Shown here in pieces: positions 49,811 to 61,631 of a DNA stretch of 64,000 nt. Each line of letters opens with the position of its first letter. The stretch's first letter is position 1. The translations under genes and the position numbers were made by a program. Where the stretch lies: the NCBI GenBank assembly GCA_965112735.1, contig OZ218961.1, positions 3,162,001-3,226,000 on the forward strand, written 5' to 3'. This DNA comes from Phaeosaccion multiseriatum (lineage: Eukaryota > Protista > Ochrophyta, other classes). The notes under the pieces are model-generated. The model worked only from the letters and a program-made list of their open reading frames with translations, was not told where the DNA came from and did no database searches.

Positions 49811-50220
49811 GAGAGAGAGGGAGAGAGAGAGAGACAGAGAGAGGGAGAGGAGAGAGAGAGGGAGAGAGAGAGAGAGAGAGGGAGAGGAGAGAGAGAGTGA
49901 GAGGGAGAGAGAGCTATAGAGCGGGAGAGAGAGACAGAGGGAGAGAGAGACAGAGGAGAGAGAGAAGGGCAATTCCACCATGAGGCCCTCCTGCCACTCA
50001 ACTGCCCCTTCCTGCGCGCCCTCCCCCCCCTCCCTCCCCCAGTGGCGCTAACTGGGACTACTTTGTGGGTCTCGCCTCCTACCTCCGCGACAAGGGCCTG
50101 CACGACAGACACGTGGCAATGTTGGAGGAGCAGTGCCTCCGAATAAGAGGGCAGCAGGGGCAGCAGGAGTCACACAGCAAGGAGGGCGTGGCAAGTAGGG
50201 CGCAAGTAGAGGGAAAGTAG
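48766..50220 (+). CDS. chaC: ChaC-family glutathione-specific gamma-glutamylcyclotransferase, 2 exons
   Basis: Motifs LFGYGSLIWKP, FFQSSTDHRGTPEAPGLVATL, GVAY, LDFREKGGY, A.GP|SGAN.DY. Start codon uncertain (48766 or 48848). Confidence 0.92.
49561..49965. repeat. (GA)n microsatellite filling the ChaC intron
   Basis: About 400 bp of purine-rich GA/GGA repeats. Confidence 0.9.
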
Positions 50221-50575
50221 AGGGGTGGTGGGGAAGAATCCGATGATATGCTCAAACCTCTGTGAAGCTCAGGCATCTGTGAATTTGCCGATGGGGGAGG
50301 CGAGCCAGAGGGCGAATGCCGAACCAATGCGGGAAGAAGAAGGGCGAAGGTCAGAACTACATTACGTGTACCCTATCTTCCGAGAGCTATACTGCTGAGT
50401 GCTCTCGCTTCTCTGCGCTGGCCTGGCCTTGCCCCAGGCAATATCCCCCCCTTGCGGCCGGCACTCCCTCTCAGCAGCGTGGGGTGGTGTGGAGGTGCTT
50501 GGAGGGAGTCCTTCCTTCGACGCTCAGCTCAATGCTCGCTTGGGTGTCTCTAGACCTTCCCCTCCTCCAGCGAGG

Positions 50576-53500
50576 TCACAGTACTCTCTCTCTGCCGTGC
50601 ACTGCTGCACTGATCAGACTCTCTGTCACCCTCTCCGCCGTCTCGTCCCCGTATGCCGCACTGCGCATCGAATGTTTGACCCTCTGGAGGCAGAGCTTGT
50701 CGGGTGCGTCGCTGTGGCACCTCTTGACCATCTCCAGCCCCAGCTTCTGCACTATTTCGTACTGCCCCGCCTCAGCACACGCACGCAACACCGTGCAGAG
50801 ACTGGGCAGAGTTGGCACGAGGCCCGCCTGCTTCATCTCCCTCAGCAACCCCAGAGCCTCCACGTGTTCGCTGGCCTTGGCGCACGAATCAATGGTGGAG
50901 GTGTAGGTGTATACATCTGGAGCGGGTCCGTACTCCTTCATCTCCAACAATAAATCCAATGCATCCACGTGCTGACCCGCCTTAGCGCATGCATCAATGG
51001 TGGCATTGTAGCTCCTTGTAACTGGAGCGGGTCCTCCTTCCTTCATCTCCCTCAACAACCTCAACGCTTCCACGTGTCGACCGGCCTTGGCACATGCATC
51101 AATGGCAGTGTTGTAGCTCACTACATCCGGAGCGGGTCCTCCTTCCTTCATCTCCCTCAACAACCTCAACGCCTCCACATGTCGATCGGCCTTGGCACAT
51201 GCATCAATGGCAGCATTGTAGCTCCTTACATCCGGAGGGGGTCCTTCTTCCTTCATCTTCCTCAACAACCCCAACGCCTCCACGTGTCGACCGGCCCTGG
51301 CGCATGCATGAATAGCGGCATTGTAGCTCCACAGACCTGGACCGGGTCCTTCTTCCTTCATCTCCTTCAACAACCTCAACGCCTCCACGTGTCGACCAGC
51401 CTTAGCACATGCGTCAATGGCAGCACTGTAGCTCACTACATCCGGAGCAGGTCCTTCTTCCTTCATCTCCCTCAACAACCTCAACGCCTCCACGTGTCGA
51501 CCGGCCTTGGCACATGCATCAATGGCAGGATTGTAGCTCACTACATCCGGAGGGGGTCCTTCTTCCTTCATCTTCCTCAACAACCCCAACGCCTCCACGT
51601 GTCGACCGGCCCTGGCGCATGCATGAATAGCGGCAGTGTAGCTCACTACATCCGGAGCAGGTCCTTCTTCCTTCATCTCCCTCAACAACCTCAACGCTTC
51701 CACGTGTCGACCGGCCTTGGCACATGCATCAATGGCAGTGTTGTAGCTCACTACATCCGGAGCGGGTCCTCCTTCCTTCATCTCCCTCAACAACCTCAAC
51801 GCTTCCACGTATCGACCGGCCTTGGCGCATGCATCAATGGCCGTGTTGTAGCTCCTTGTAACTGGAGCGGGTCCTCCTTCCTTCATCTCCCTCAACAACC
51901 TCAACGCTTCCACGTATCGACCGGCCTTGGCGCATGCATCAATCGCGGTGGTGAAGCTCACTACATTCGGAGCGGGTCCTCCTTCCTTCATCTCCCTAAA
52001 CAAACCCAATGCATCCACGTGTCGACCGGCCTTGGCGCATGCGTCAATAGCAGCGGTGTAGCTCCTTACATCCGGAGCGGGTCCTTCTCCCTGCATCTCC
52101 CTCAGCAACCTCAACGCTTCCACGTGTCGACCGGCCTTGGCACATGCATCAATGGCGGCATTGTAGCTCCTTGTAACTGGAGCGGGTCCTTCTTCCTTCA
52201 TCTCCTTCAACAACCTCAACGCCTCCACGTGTCGACCAGCCTTAGCGCATGCATCAATGGCAGCGTTGAAGCTCACTACATTCGGAGCGGGTCCTCCTTC
52301 CTTCATCTCCCTCAACAAACCCAATGCATCCACGTGTCGACCGGCCTTGGCGCATGCGTCAATAGCAGCGGTGTAGCTCCTTACATCCGGAGCGGGTCCT
52401 TCTTCCTGCATCTCCCTCAGCAACCTCAACGCTTCCACGTGTCGACCGGCCTTGGCACATGCATCAATGGCGGCATTGTAGCTCCACAGACCTGGAGCGG
52501 GTCCTCCTTCCTTCATCTCCCTCAACAAACCCAATGCCTCCACGTGTCGACCGGCCTTGGAGCATGCACCAATGGCGGCGGTGTAGCTCCTTACATCCGG
52601 AGTAGGTCCTCCTTCCTTCATCTCCTTCAGCAACCTCAATGCCTCCACGTGTCGACCGGCCTTGGCACATGCATCAATGGCGGCGGTGTAGCTCCTTACA
52701 TCCGGAGCGGGTCCTCCTTCCGTCATCTCCCTCAACAACCTCAACGCTTCCACGTGTCGACCGGCCTTGGCACATGCGTCAATAGCAGCGTTGTAGCTCC
52801 TTACATTCGGAGCGGGTCCTCCTTCCGTCATCTCCCTCAACAACCTCAACGCTTCCACGTGTCGACCGGCCTTGGCACATGCGTCAATAGCAGCGTTGTA
52901 GCTTACTTCATTCGGAGCGGGTCCTCCTTCCTTCATCTCCCTCAACAAACCCAATGCATCCACGTGTCGACCGGCCTTGGAGCATGCACCAATGGCGGCG
53001 GTGTAGCTCCTTACATCCGGAGTAGGTCCTCCTTCCTTCATCTCCCTCAACAACCCCAACGCCTCCATGTACTGACCACCCTTGGCACATGCATTAATGG
53101 CGGTGGTGTAGCTCACTACATCCGGAGCGGGTCCCTCCTTCTTCATACTCTTCAGCAGCTCCAGAGGTTTGTCGTACTCCCCGCTCTTGATGCAGGCATC
53201 CATCGCAATGTTGTAGTGGTATCGATCGGGTATGACGCCTTCCCCTTCCATGCCCCTCAGCAGCTCCAAAGCTCTGTCCCATCTCCTCGACGCGACACAG
53301 AGACGCAAGGCCGCAGAGTACAGGTACACATCCAGGACCATGTCTCCTGCCAGCACCTCCTCCCACAGGTCCCATGCCGCGTCCAACCATCCCGCCCGAC
53401 TGCACACCTGGATGGCGGCCTCGAAGTTGCCGGCATCGGCCTCCAAGCCGTACTCGGGTACTCTTTCCAGCAGCCGCAGCGCTTCTTCAGGCCGGCCAGC

Positions 53501-54259
53501 TCTGCCCACAGCGGCGATTGCAGCGCTCAAATTGCGATTGTCGGGTGGAAGGCCCTGTGCTTGCATGTCCTTGAGAAGCTGCAGTGCCTGGTCTGCCCTC
53601 CCCGCGAAGCCACACGCCACAATCGCAGCCGAATAGGTCCGCGAGTCCGGCAGCAATCCCGCGATAGGCATCTCCCGAAGGAGACCCATAGCTTCATCGT
53701 ATCTCCGAGCCCGACCGCAGGCGTCAATGGCGGCATTGTAGTGGACAATATTTGGTATCAACGCTCCATGCTTCTGCGTCTCGATCTCCCTCAGCAATCC
53801 AAGCGTCTCTTCCCATCGGCCGCAGTGGCCGAAGGCCTCCACAACTGCGTCGAGAAGAGGCGCGTCAATGGGCAGTGGCGACCGCACCGCCTCCTCCCAC
53901 TCATTCCTCACGCTCTCCCAGTCCCTGGCCTCCCGCGCGGCCTCCAAACGCTCCAGTGTCGCGAGCCACAACGAGGGCGCTGGGAACGCGTCATCAGCAG
54001 CAGAAGGAGGGGGGATACTACTTGTTGAGAAACAAGCCCCGTCACTGCTACTGCTCGCCCTGAAAGTTACACCCCATCCGCTTGACAAGCACCGCTGGCG
54101 CGCCGTGGCGTGGAAGGCTGCCAGATACGCTTGAGTGATAGCACAGGCAGGGGCTGGGGCTGCGCCAGACGGAGCATCTCTTCCACCAAGAGCTCTCCGC
54201 CGCCTCCCGTACCTGTGTCTACTTCTCCCGCTTCCGCTGCTACTGCATGCTCTCCTCAT
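50576..54259 (-). CDS. Intronless P-class PPR protein, ~30 motifs, 22 of them near-identical 105-bp units
   Basis: 1227-aa ORF with the 35-aa unit VRSYNAAIDACAKAGRHVEALRLLREMKEGGPAPD. Arg/Ser-rich N-terminus, possibly a mitochondrial presequence. Confidence 0.93.
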   Translation of the reverse strand: MRRACSSSGSGRSRHRYGRRRRALGGRDAPSGAAPAPACAITQAYLAAFHATARQRCLSSGWGVTFRASSSSDGACFSTSSIPPPSAADDAFPAPSLWLATLERLEAAREARDWESVRNEWEEAVRSPLPIDAPLLDAVVEAFGHCGRWEETLGLLREIETQKHGALIPNIVHYNAAIDACGRARRYDEAMGLLREMPIAGLLPDSRTYSAAIVACGFAGRADQALQLLKDMQAQGLPPDNRNLSAAIAAVGRAGRPEEALRLLERVPEYGLEADAGNFEAAIQVCSRAGWLDAAWDLWEEVLAGDMVLDVYLYSAALRLCVASRRWDRALELLRGMEGEGVIPDRYHYNIAMDACIKSGEYDKPLELLKSMKKEGPAPDVVSYTTAINACAKGGQYMEALGLLREMKEGGPTPDVRSYTAAIGACSKAGRHVDALGLLREMKEGGPAPNEVSYNAAIDACAKAGRHVEALRLLREMTEGGPAPNVRSYNAAIDACAKAGRHVEALRLLREMTEGGPAPDVRSYTAAIDACAKAGRHVEALRLLKEMKEGGPTPDVRSYTAAIGACSKAGRHVEALGLLREMKEGGPAPGLWSYNAAIDACAKAGRHVEALRLLREMQEEGPAPDVRSYTAAIDACAKAGRHVDALGLLREMKEGGPAPNVVSFNAAIDACAKAGRHVEALRLLKEMKEEGPAPVTRSYNAAIDACAKAGRHVEALRLLREMQGEGPAPDVRSYTAAIDACAKAGRHVDALGLFREMKEGGPAPNVVSFTTAIDACAKAGRYVEALRLLREMKEGGPAPVTRSYNTAIDACAKAGRYVEALRLLREMKEGGPAPDVVSYNTAIDACAKAGRHVEALRLLREMKEEGPAPDVVSYTAAIHACARAGRHVEALGLLRKMKEEGPPPDVVSYNPAIDACAKAGRHVEALRLLREMKEEGPAPDVVSYSAAIDACAKAGRHVEALRLLKEMKEEGPGPGLWSYNAAIHACARAGRHVEALGLLRKMKEEGPPPDVRSYNAAIDACAKADRHVEALRLLREMKEGGPAPDVVSYNTAIDACAKAGRHVEALRLLREMKEGGPAPVTRSYNATIDACAKAGQHVDALDLLLEMKEYGPAPDVYTYTSTIDSCAKASEHVEALGLLREMKQAGLVPTLPSLCTVLRACAEAGQYEIVQKLGLEMVKRCHSDAPDKLCLQRVKHSMRSAAYGDETAERVTESLISAAVHGRERVL

Positions 54260-54475
54260 CCCGGCACACAGCGAGCTCTTCGGTTGGGATGGGCTATTAT
54301 GGGCGGGGTGGGCTTTTACGGGCGGGGTGGAATGGAGAGTAGGCAGGCAGGCAGCGCGCAGCAGCGCGGTCAGACCAGTGCCTCACAGATGGCCGCGGAT
54401 GACAACTGCTGCAGTCGCGGTGGGTTTACCCATACTTTCCAAAGATCGCGAAAAAACAAAAAAAAATCATAAACC

Positions 54476-56472
54476 ATGGCCGCCATTGTGGGGGCCGCTA
54501 CGATGCACACCACTGTACTGAGCACTCTGGTCAGGGCTATCAACGAAGGAGCGCCGCTGTACAATGCGGGAGACGAGGAGGGATGCTTTCTCCTGTATCT
54601 CGGGGCGGCAGAAGCCCTCTGCGACGCCTCCTTTCCTGAGACGGACGACAGCAGCGCAAGTAGCCTGCTTGACGGACTTAATCGGTCAGTCTGACGGGGG
54701 TTCTGAGGCAGAGATGCCTTGATTGGTGCGAATTGTTGGTATTCGTACTGGTACCCCCATTTGATTCCTCGCTCACCCTCGCCCCCCCTCTCGTGTCCAC
54801 CTCCTACAGGGCAGTGCAAGATGCGTCCAAGGTCGGAGCCGGTGGCGCAGAGGGAGAAGCCGTTGACTACGCACAGGCCGCGTGGCTCTTGCGCCGGGCC
54901 TTTGACGAGACCATCATCCTTGCCGAGAGGAGCGGCCCACTGGCAGAGGCTGGGGCAGGAGGCTCCACGGAGGAAGGGGACGCCGCGGTCCTGGAGGGGT
55001 GGAGCGGGCTCGAGGGCGGCAGCAGCCACGGCACCGAATCGGAGGCAGGGGACTCCGTGGAGCAGTTGGAAGGTGCGGAGAAAGGCACAGACGCACATGA
55101 TTTGTGGTTTTTTGGGAGTATGCCTGCGTACCGTCGCGGCCTACGAATCTCTCTCTGTATGTGTGTGTGTGTGTGTGTGTGTGCGTGTGCTACTGCGGTG
55201 GAGAAGGGGGAGGAGGAGGAGGAGGGGGAGGAGGAGGAGGAGGAGGAGGAGGAGGAGGAGGAGGAGGAGGAGGAGGAGGAGGAGGAGGAGGAGGAGGAGG
55301 AGAGAGAATGTCCCGCTGGTCAGCGTCGTTCGATCTCCCCGACCCTCCGTACCGTGATGGGGATGATGCTCCTCCCCTCCACCCCCCTGACCTGCCTGAC
55401 CCGTCCATCATCCCCTCCACCCCCCTGACCTGCCTGACCCGTCCATCATCCCCTCTACCCCCCTGACCTGCCTGACCCCGTCCATCATCCCCTCTACCCC
55501 CCTGACCTCCTGACCCCGTCCATCATGTATCTCTCTGTCTGTCTGTATCCCTCGACGTGTGCACCCCTCCTCCCGACCCCCTTCGCCCATCCACTGCCAC
55601 CCACTTCAGACCTGGGTGAATCTCTGGCCAATGTATCCTTCGTACTCACTGCCTCAGTCGTGCCCAAGCGCCACACGCGAATCTCCAACGCCTTCGGGGT
55701 GGCAGTGGATGGGCTCTCCAAGGCCTTCGAGGACTCTTTCTTGGCCTCCGAGGCCGTGGAGACGCTCGTCAGCTTGGGCCTGGGGCCCACTCGCAAGTGA
55801 GACGTGGACGGAGGGATGGAGGAAGGGAGGGAGGGAGAGAGGGAGGGATGGAGGGAGGGAGGGAGGGAGGGAGGGAGGAAGAGAGGGAGGGAGAGAGGGA
55901 GGGAGGGAGGGAGGGAGGGAGGGAGGGAGAGACGGGACGGGCTCGGCTTGTTTCCCGAGCTGCGCCGTAAGTGCTTTGCTCAGCCCACTCCCTGCGTTAT
56001 TGCTGGCTGCCTCCCTGCCTCCCTGCCTCCCTGCCTCCTTGCCTCCCTGCCTCTCCTCCGCCACCAGGGACGCCGCGGCTCGCTGCACGCTTCTCCTCTC
56101 AGCGGGGCTTCTCGTGCCTGTGAGCCACCCCAAGGCGGAAACCTTCGCAGATGGAAGGCACCTGTACAGGTACAGAGTTTGTTCCCCGCTCCGCTCGGAC
56201 GGCCCCCCCCCAAGCCGTCTCCCCACCCCACCCCTGCTTCCATTGCCATTGATCGGCACCCCAAGGCGGAAACCTTCGCTGAGCTGCGTGTGTGTGTGTG
56301 TGTGTGTGTGGCTTGGCTGTAAGCGAGGTAGCGCCTCTCCTGTCCTCATGCGACATCCAAGTAACCGAAGAAACCGAAGTAACCGAAGAAACCGAAGTAA
56401 CGCCCCTCCTCTCGCTTGTACGACAACGCGTGTGACTCTGCCACTCTGCCGCTCTGTCGCTGGGCTTGCTTG

Positions 56473-56513
<41 letters not shown>

Positions 56514-57677
56514 TGTGTGCTGCGCCTCAGATTCCCCACCACTGCTGAAGTCGTGACGGCGCTGGAGAGGGCCGAAGCCGCCGTGGCAGAGATGGAGAAG
56601 GGCGCACCAGGGGGGGCGGGGGGGGGGCACTCCCCAGGGGGGGGGTCTGCGCTTAGCCCAATCACCAGGGCGGCTGCACTGCGCTCCACATTGGACTTCG
56701 GAGACCACGACAAACCCGAGGAGGGAGGAGAGAGCCCCGAGGGGGGCGGGAGGAGAGTGCTTGCAGGTGAGTGAGTGAGTGAGTGAGTGTAAAGAGCGGC
56801 GCTGAGCCTTCGCTTCCCTTCGCTTTGTTGTGAGGGGGGTGGCTATGAGTGGGTGGATGGGGGTTTGCAGCGGAGTCAAGTCCGCCTTGCTGCTGCTTGG
56901 CTGTATCACCAACTGCTTGCTGCTCGCCTCTTCGCCCCTTCTGCGCCTTCGCCTCAGCCCTGTCTACGCGTCACCTACTGAACCGAGCATCCTCCAGCGT
57001 GGCGTCCTCACTGCCTCAGCCGCACAGAGAGGCAAAGGAGAGGGGCGCCTTCACTGCGGCGCTCCTGCAGAGCGTAGAGGGTAAGCTCAGCATCGCTGAT
57101 CGCAAGTACAGGCTGCGTACTTACCCGGCCTGCTTCGTGGGAGCAGAGGCGGTGGATGTGGTCCTGAAGGAGGGCCTAGGGGAGGGTGAGGGGGCCGAGG
57201 GGACCACTCGGGAGCAGGCCACGCAGGAGCTGCAGAGAATGCTCAAGGGGGGGCTCATACAGGTGGGGGCAGGAGGGGGAGAGGCAGTGGATCATGGCAG
57301 TGCATGGCGGTGGATGATGGCAGTGGATGATGGCAGTGGATGATGGCAGTGGATGGCGGTGGATGATGGCAGTGGATGATGGCAGTGGATGATGGCAGTG
57401 GATGTAGGGGAGGGGGGGAGGGCGAAGCAATCAATCAGACAAGGAAGGCTTCAGCTATCTCAACCCCTCCCTCCCTCCCTCCCTCCCTCCCTCTCTTGGA
57501 CGTGTGCCCCCCCCCCCCCCTGACTCTTCAGCACGTGACGGCGGAGCACGAGTTCGAGGACGCCTCCCTGTTCTACCGAGTCGTACCTGTCAAGGAGCTC
57601 AAGACTGCCCTCGACGTGCAGGCCAACTTTGGCAATAGCCCCTCTGTCGAGGTGAGACTTGCATCATCCATCTTCAT

Positions 57678-57737
<60 letters not shown>

Positions 57738-57742
57738 TTCAT

Positions 57743-57777
<35 letters not shown>

Positions 57778-57818
57778 TATCATCATCATCATCATCATCT
57801 TCATATCATCATCATCAT

Positions 57819-57849
<31 letters not shown>

Positions 57850-60800
57850 ACAACAACAACAACAACAACAACCTCATCACCACCCTCACAATGCCCCGCC
57901 CCGCCGTCCTTCTCGTGCGTGACTCCCCCTTCAGGAGCGGGAGAATAAGTCTGCTCTCCTCTCTCGCTACAAGCAATTCACCAGCCTTAGCGTTGACTTC
58001 ATCCTCAACAACTTCTACGCGTGCGACGGACCCGTGAGTATAGCACAGCACAAGCCACACACACACACATTCTCTCTCATCCACTACCATCCCCTCCCCT
58101 CGGCCCCTCTTCTCTTCAGGACGGATGGGACATCAGCGACTTGACGCTGTGGCGGACGCACATGAAGCGCTGGGGCTTCGGCCGTCCCAAGGACAGAGAC
58201 GACGAAATGTTCGACCGCCTCGCGCCGCTTCTCCTCAGCGTTGACCCTGACGTGAGTGCGTGAGTGAGTGCGTGTGCGAGTGCGTGCGTGCGTGAGAGCG
58301 TGCGTGCATGTGTGAGTGCGTGCGTGTGAGTGGAGCCTCAGGGAAGAGGGGCGAGCGAGGGAAGAGCAGGTTTGGCTCGTTGGAGGGAGCGCTCCCCCCT
58401 ATACACCTCCAACCTGCTCTGCCTACCTTCTGTGCTGCCCCATACGCCTCTACCTGTGCAACGAACCTCAGACTTGGGACGTTACGGGAGACGCGGAGTG
58501 GGAGTCCCCTTGGGGAATCATCGCTCAGGTACGAGGGAAAGTACAAGGAAAAGTAGAAACAAAAGTAGAAGGAAAAGTAGAACGAAGCCTGAACCCCGGG
58601 GGTATTCCATCCCCTCTACACACACGTTCAGTTATACTCCTCTTCCTCTCTGGTCCTCCGTTGATTCCTATTAAGTCAGTAAATAGTCCTCTGTTGCTGT
58701 CTTGTTGCCTCCTCTGTCCCCCTTCGCTCCTGTCGTCCTCCTCTGCCCTTCCTTAGCTCGATGCCCTTCGCTGTTCTCTGTCCTCGTGTATCCTGCTGTC
58801 TACTGCCATCCCTGCTGTGTACTGCCATCCCTGCTGTGTACTGCCATTCCTGCTGTGTACTGCTTTCCCTGCTGTGTACTGCCGTCCCTGCTGCTCACTC
58901 TCCAGATCGCCATATTCGATCAAATCAGCCGCGCCGTAAGTTATCGATGGGGCTTCTTGAGGAGGTTGAGCCTCTAGGTTCTGTGGTGTCTAGGTTCTGT
59001 GGTGTCTAGATTCTGTGGTGTCCAGCTTCTGTGGTGTCCAGCTTCTGTGGTGTCTAGGTTCTGTGGTATCTAGGTTCTGTGGTGTCTAGATTCTGTGGTG
59101 TCCAGCTTCTGTGGTGTCCAGCTTCTGTGGTGTCCAGCTTCTGTGGTGTCTAGGTTCTGTGGTGTCCAGGTTCTGTGGTGTCCAGCTTCTGTGGTGTCCA
59201 GAGGAGTCAGGCAGGGACAAGGGCTGCCCACAGGGTCTTCTGCGATGGCCGCTTCCTCTCTCCGCCCCTCCCTCCCTCCCTCTCCTCCCACCCCACGCCT
59301 CCCCTCCCTCTCTCCCTCCCGCTCTCACTCCCTTCTCTCACTCCCTCTCGCTCTCTCACTCCCTTCTCTCACTCCCTCTCGCTCTCTCACTCCCTTCTCT
59401 CACTCCCTCTCCCTCTCTCTTGCTCAGAGCCTCAGTCTCTTCTCTAAAAGCCTATCTTTCCCCTTCTGTGCAGGCCTTCCGCGGTACGGCCAACGCCTTC
59501 AAGTGGGATGAGCTCGCTAAGACGGCGACGAGGAGGGCCCTGGAGATGGGATACTTTGAGACCGCCTTCTCCTCCACGCTTAACCTCTTCGTACTGCTGC
59601 TCCCCCTCGAGCACAGTGAGTCTTGGGACGACCAAAAGGTAAGAAGGTAGGAAGGTAGGAAGGTAGGAAGATGGGAAGGTAGGAAGGTAGGAAGACATGA
59701 AGGCAGGAAGGTAGGAAGGCAGGAAGGTAGGAAGGTAGGAAGGCAGGAAGGTAGGAAGGTAGGAAGGTAGGAAGGTAGGAAGGCAGGAAGGCAGGAAGGC
59801 AGGAAGGTAGGAAGGTAGGAAGGTAGGAAGGCAGGAAGGTAGGAAGACAGGAAGGTAGGAAGCTAGGAAGGTAGGAAGGTAGGAAGGTAGGAAGGCAGGA
59901 AGGTAGGAAGGCAGGAAGGCAGGAAGGTAGGAAGGCAGGAAGGTAGGAAGGTAGGAAGGTAGGAAGGTAGGAAGGCAGGAATGTAGGAAGGTAGGAAGGT
60001 AGGAAGGCAGGAAGGTAGGAAGGTAGGAAGGTAGGAAGGCAGGAAGGTAGGAAGGCAGGAAGGTAGGAAGGTAGGAAGGTAGGAAGGCAGGAAGGTAGGA
60101 AGGTAGGAAGGTAGGAAGGCAGGAAGGTAGGAAGGCAGGAAGGTAGGAAGGCAGGAAGGTAGGAAGGAAGGCAGGAAGGTAGGAAGGCAGGAAGGTAGGA
60201 AGGTAGGAAGGTAAGAAGGCAGGAAGGCAGGAAGGTAGGAAGGCAGGAAGGTAGGAAGGCAGGAAGGTGGAAGGCAGGAAGGTAGGAAGGTAGGAAGGTA
60301 GGAAGGCTGGAAGGCAGGAAGGCAGGAAGGCAGGAAGGTAGGAAGGTAGGAAGGTAGGAAGGCAGGAAGGTAGGAAGGCAGGAAGGTAGGAAGGTAGGAA
60401 GGCAGGAAGGTAGGAAGGCAGGAAGCTAGGAAGGTAGGAAGGTAGGAAGGCAGGAAGGTAGGAAGGTAGGAGGGCAGGAAGGCAGGAAGGCAGGAAGGCA
60501 GGAAGGCAGGAAGGTAGGAAGGTAGGAAGGTAGGAAGGCAGGAAGGTAGGAAGGTAGGAAGGCAGGAAGGTAGGAAGGTAGGAAGGTAGGAAGGTAGGAA
60601 GGCAGGAAGGTAGGAAGACAGGAAGGTAGGAAGCTAGGAAGGTAGGAAGGTAGGAAGGTAGGAAGGTAGGAAGGCAGGAAGGTAGGAAGGTAGGAAGGCA
60701 GGAAGGCAGGAATGTAGGAAGGTAGGAAGGTAGGAAGGCAGGAAGGTAGGAAGGTAGGAAGGCAGGAAGGTAGGAAGGTAGGAAGGTAGGAAGGCAGGAA

Positions 60801-61548
60801 GGTAGGAAGGCAGGAAGGTAGGAAGGCAGGAAGGTAGGAAGGAAGGTAGGAAGGTAGGAAGGCAGGAAGGTAGGAAGGTAGGAAGGTAAGAAGGCAGGAA
60901 GGCAGGAAGGTAGGAAGGCAGGAAGGTGGAAGGCAGGAAGGTAGGAAGGTAGGAAGGTAGGAAGGCAGGAAGGCTGGAAGGTAGGAAGGTAGGAAGGCCG
61001 GAAGGCAGGAAGGTAGGAAGGCAGGAAGGCAGGAAGGTAGGAAGGTAGGAAGGCAGGAAGGCAGGAAGGTAGGAAGGTAGGAAGGCAGGAAGGTAGGAAG
61101 GTAGGAAGGCAGGAAGGTAGGAAGGTAGGAAGGCAGGAAGGTAGGAAGGTAGGAGGGCAGGAAGGTAGGAAGACATGAAGGCAGGAAGGTAGGAAGGCAG
61201 GAAGGCAGGAAGGCAGCAAGGCAGGAAGGTAGGAGTAGGCAGGAAGGTAGGAGGGTAGGAAGGTAGGAAGGCAGGAAGGTAGGAAGGCAGGAAGGCAGGA
61301 AGGTAGGAAGGCAGGAAGGCAGGAAGGCAGCTCACGAGCACCTCACGCGCCGCAACTGAGCGGTAGAGCTGAGAAGTAGTGCCATTCGTAGACGAAGAAG
61401 AGGAAGAGGAAGGGGAAGAGGAGGCGCGAATGGAGCTATAGCATTGGCCTCTGTCTCTCCTTCCTGCGCTGCCTGCGCTGCCTGCGCTGTCCTCTCCCCT
61501 TTCACGCCATTGGCTGCTTGTCTGTCTGTCTGTCTGTCTGCTTGTCTT

Positions 61549-61587
<39 letters not shown>

Positions 61588-61594
61588 GCCTGCC

Positions 61595-61631
<37 letters not shown>

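Noticed and set aside
50969-54028. 1019-aa plus-strand ORF
   Set aside because: Antisense shadow of the PPR gene. It stays open because a stop-free 105-bp unit is repeated.
58100-58107. Other TCGGCCCC/GGGGCCGA matches (also ~35504 and ~57191)
   Set aside because: No extended TIR consensus and no partner end.
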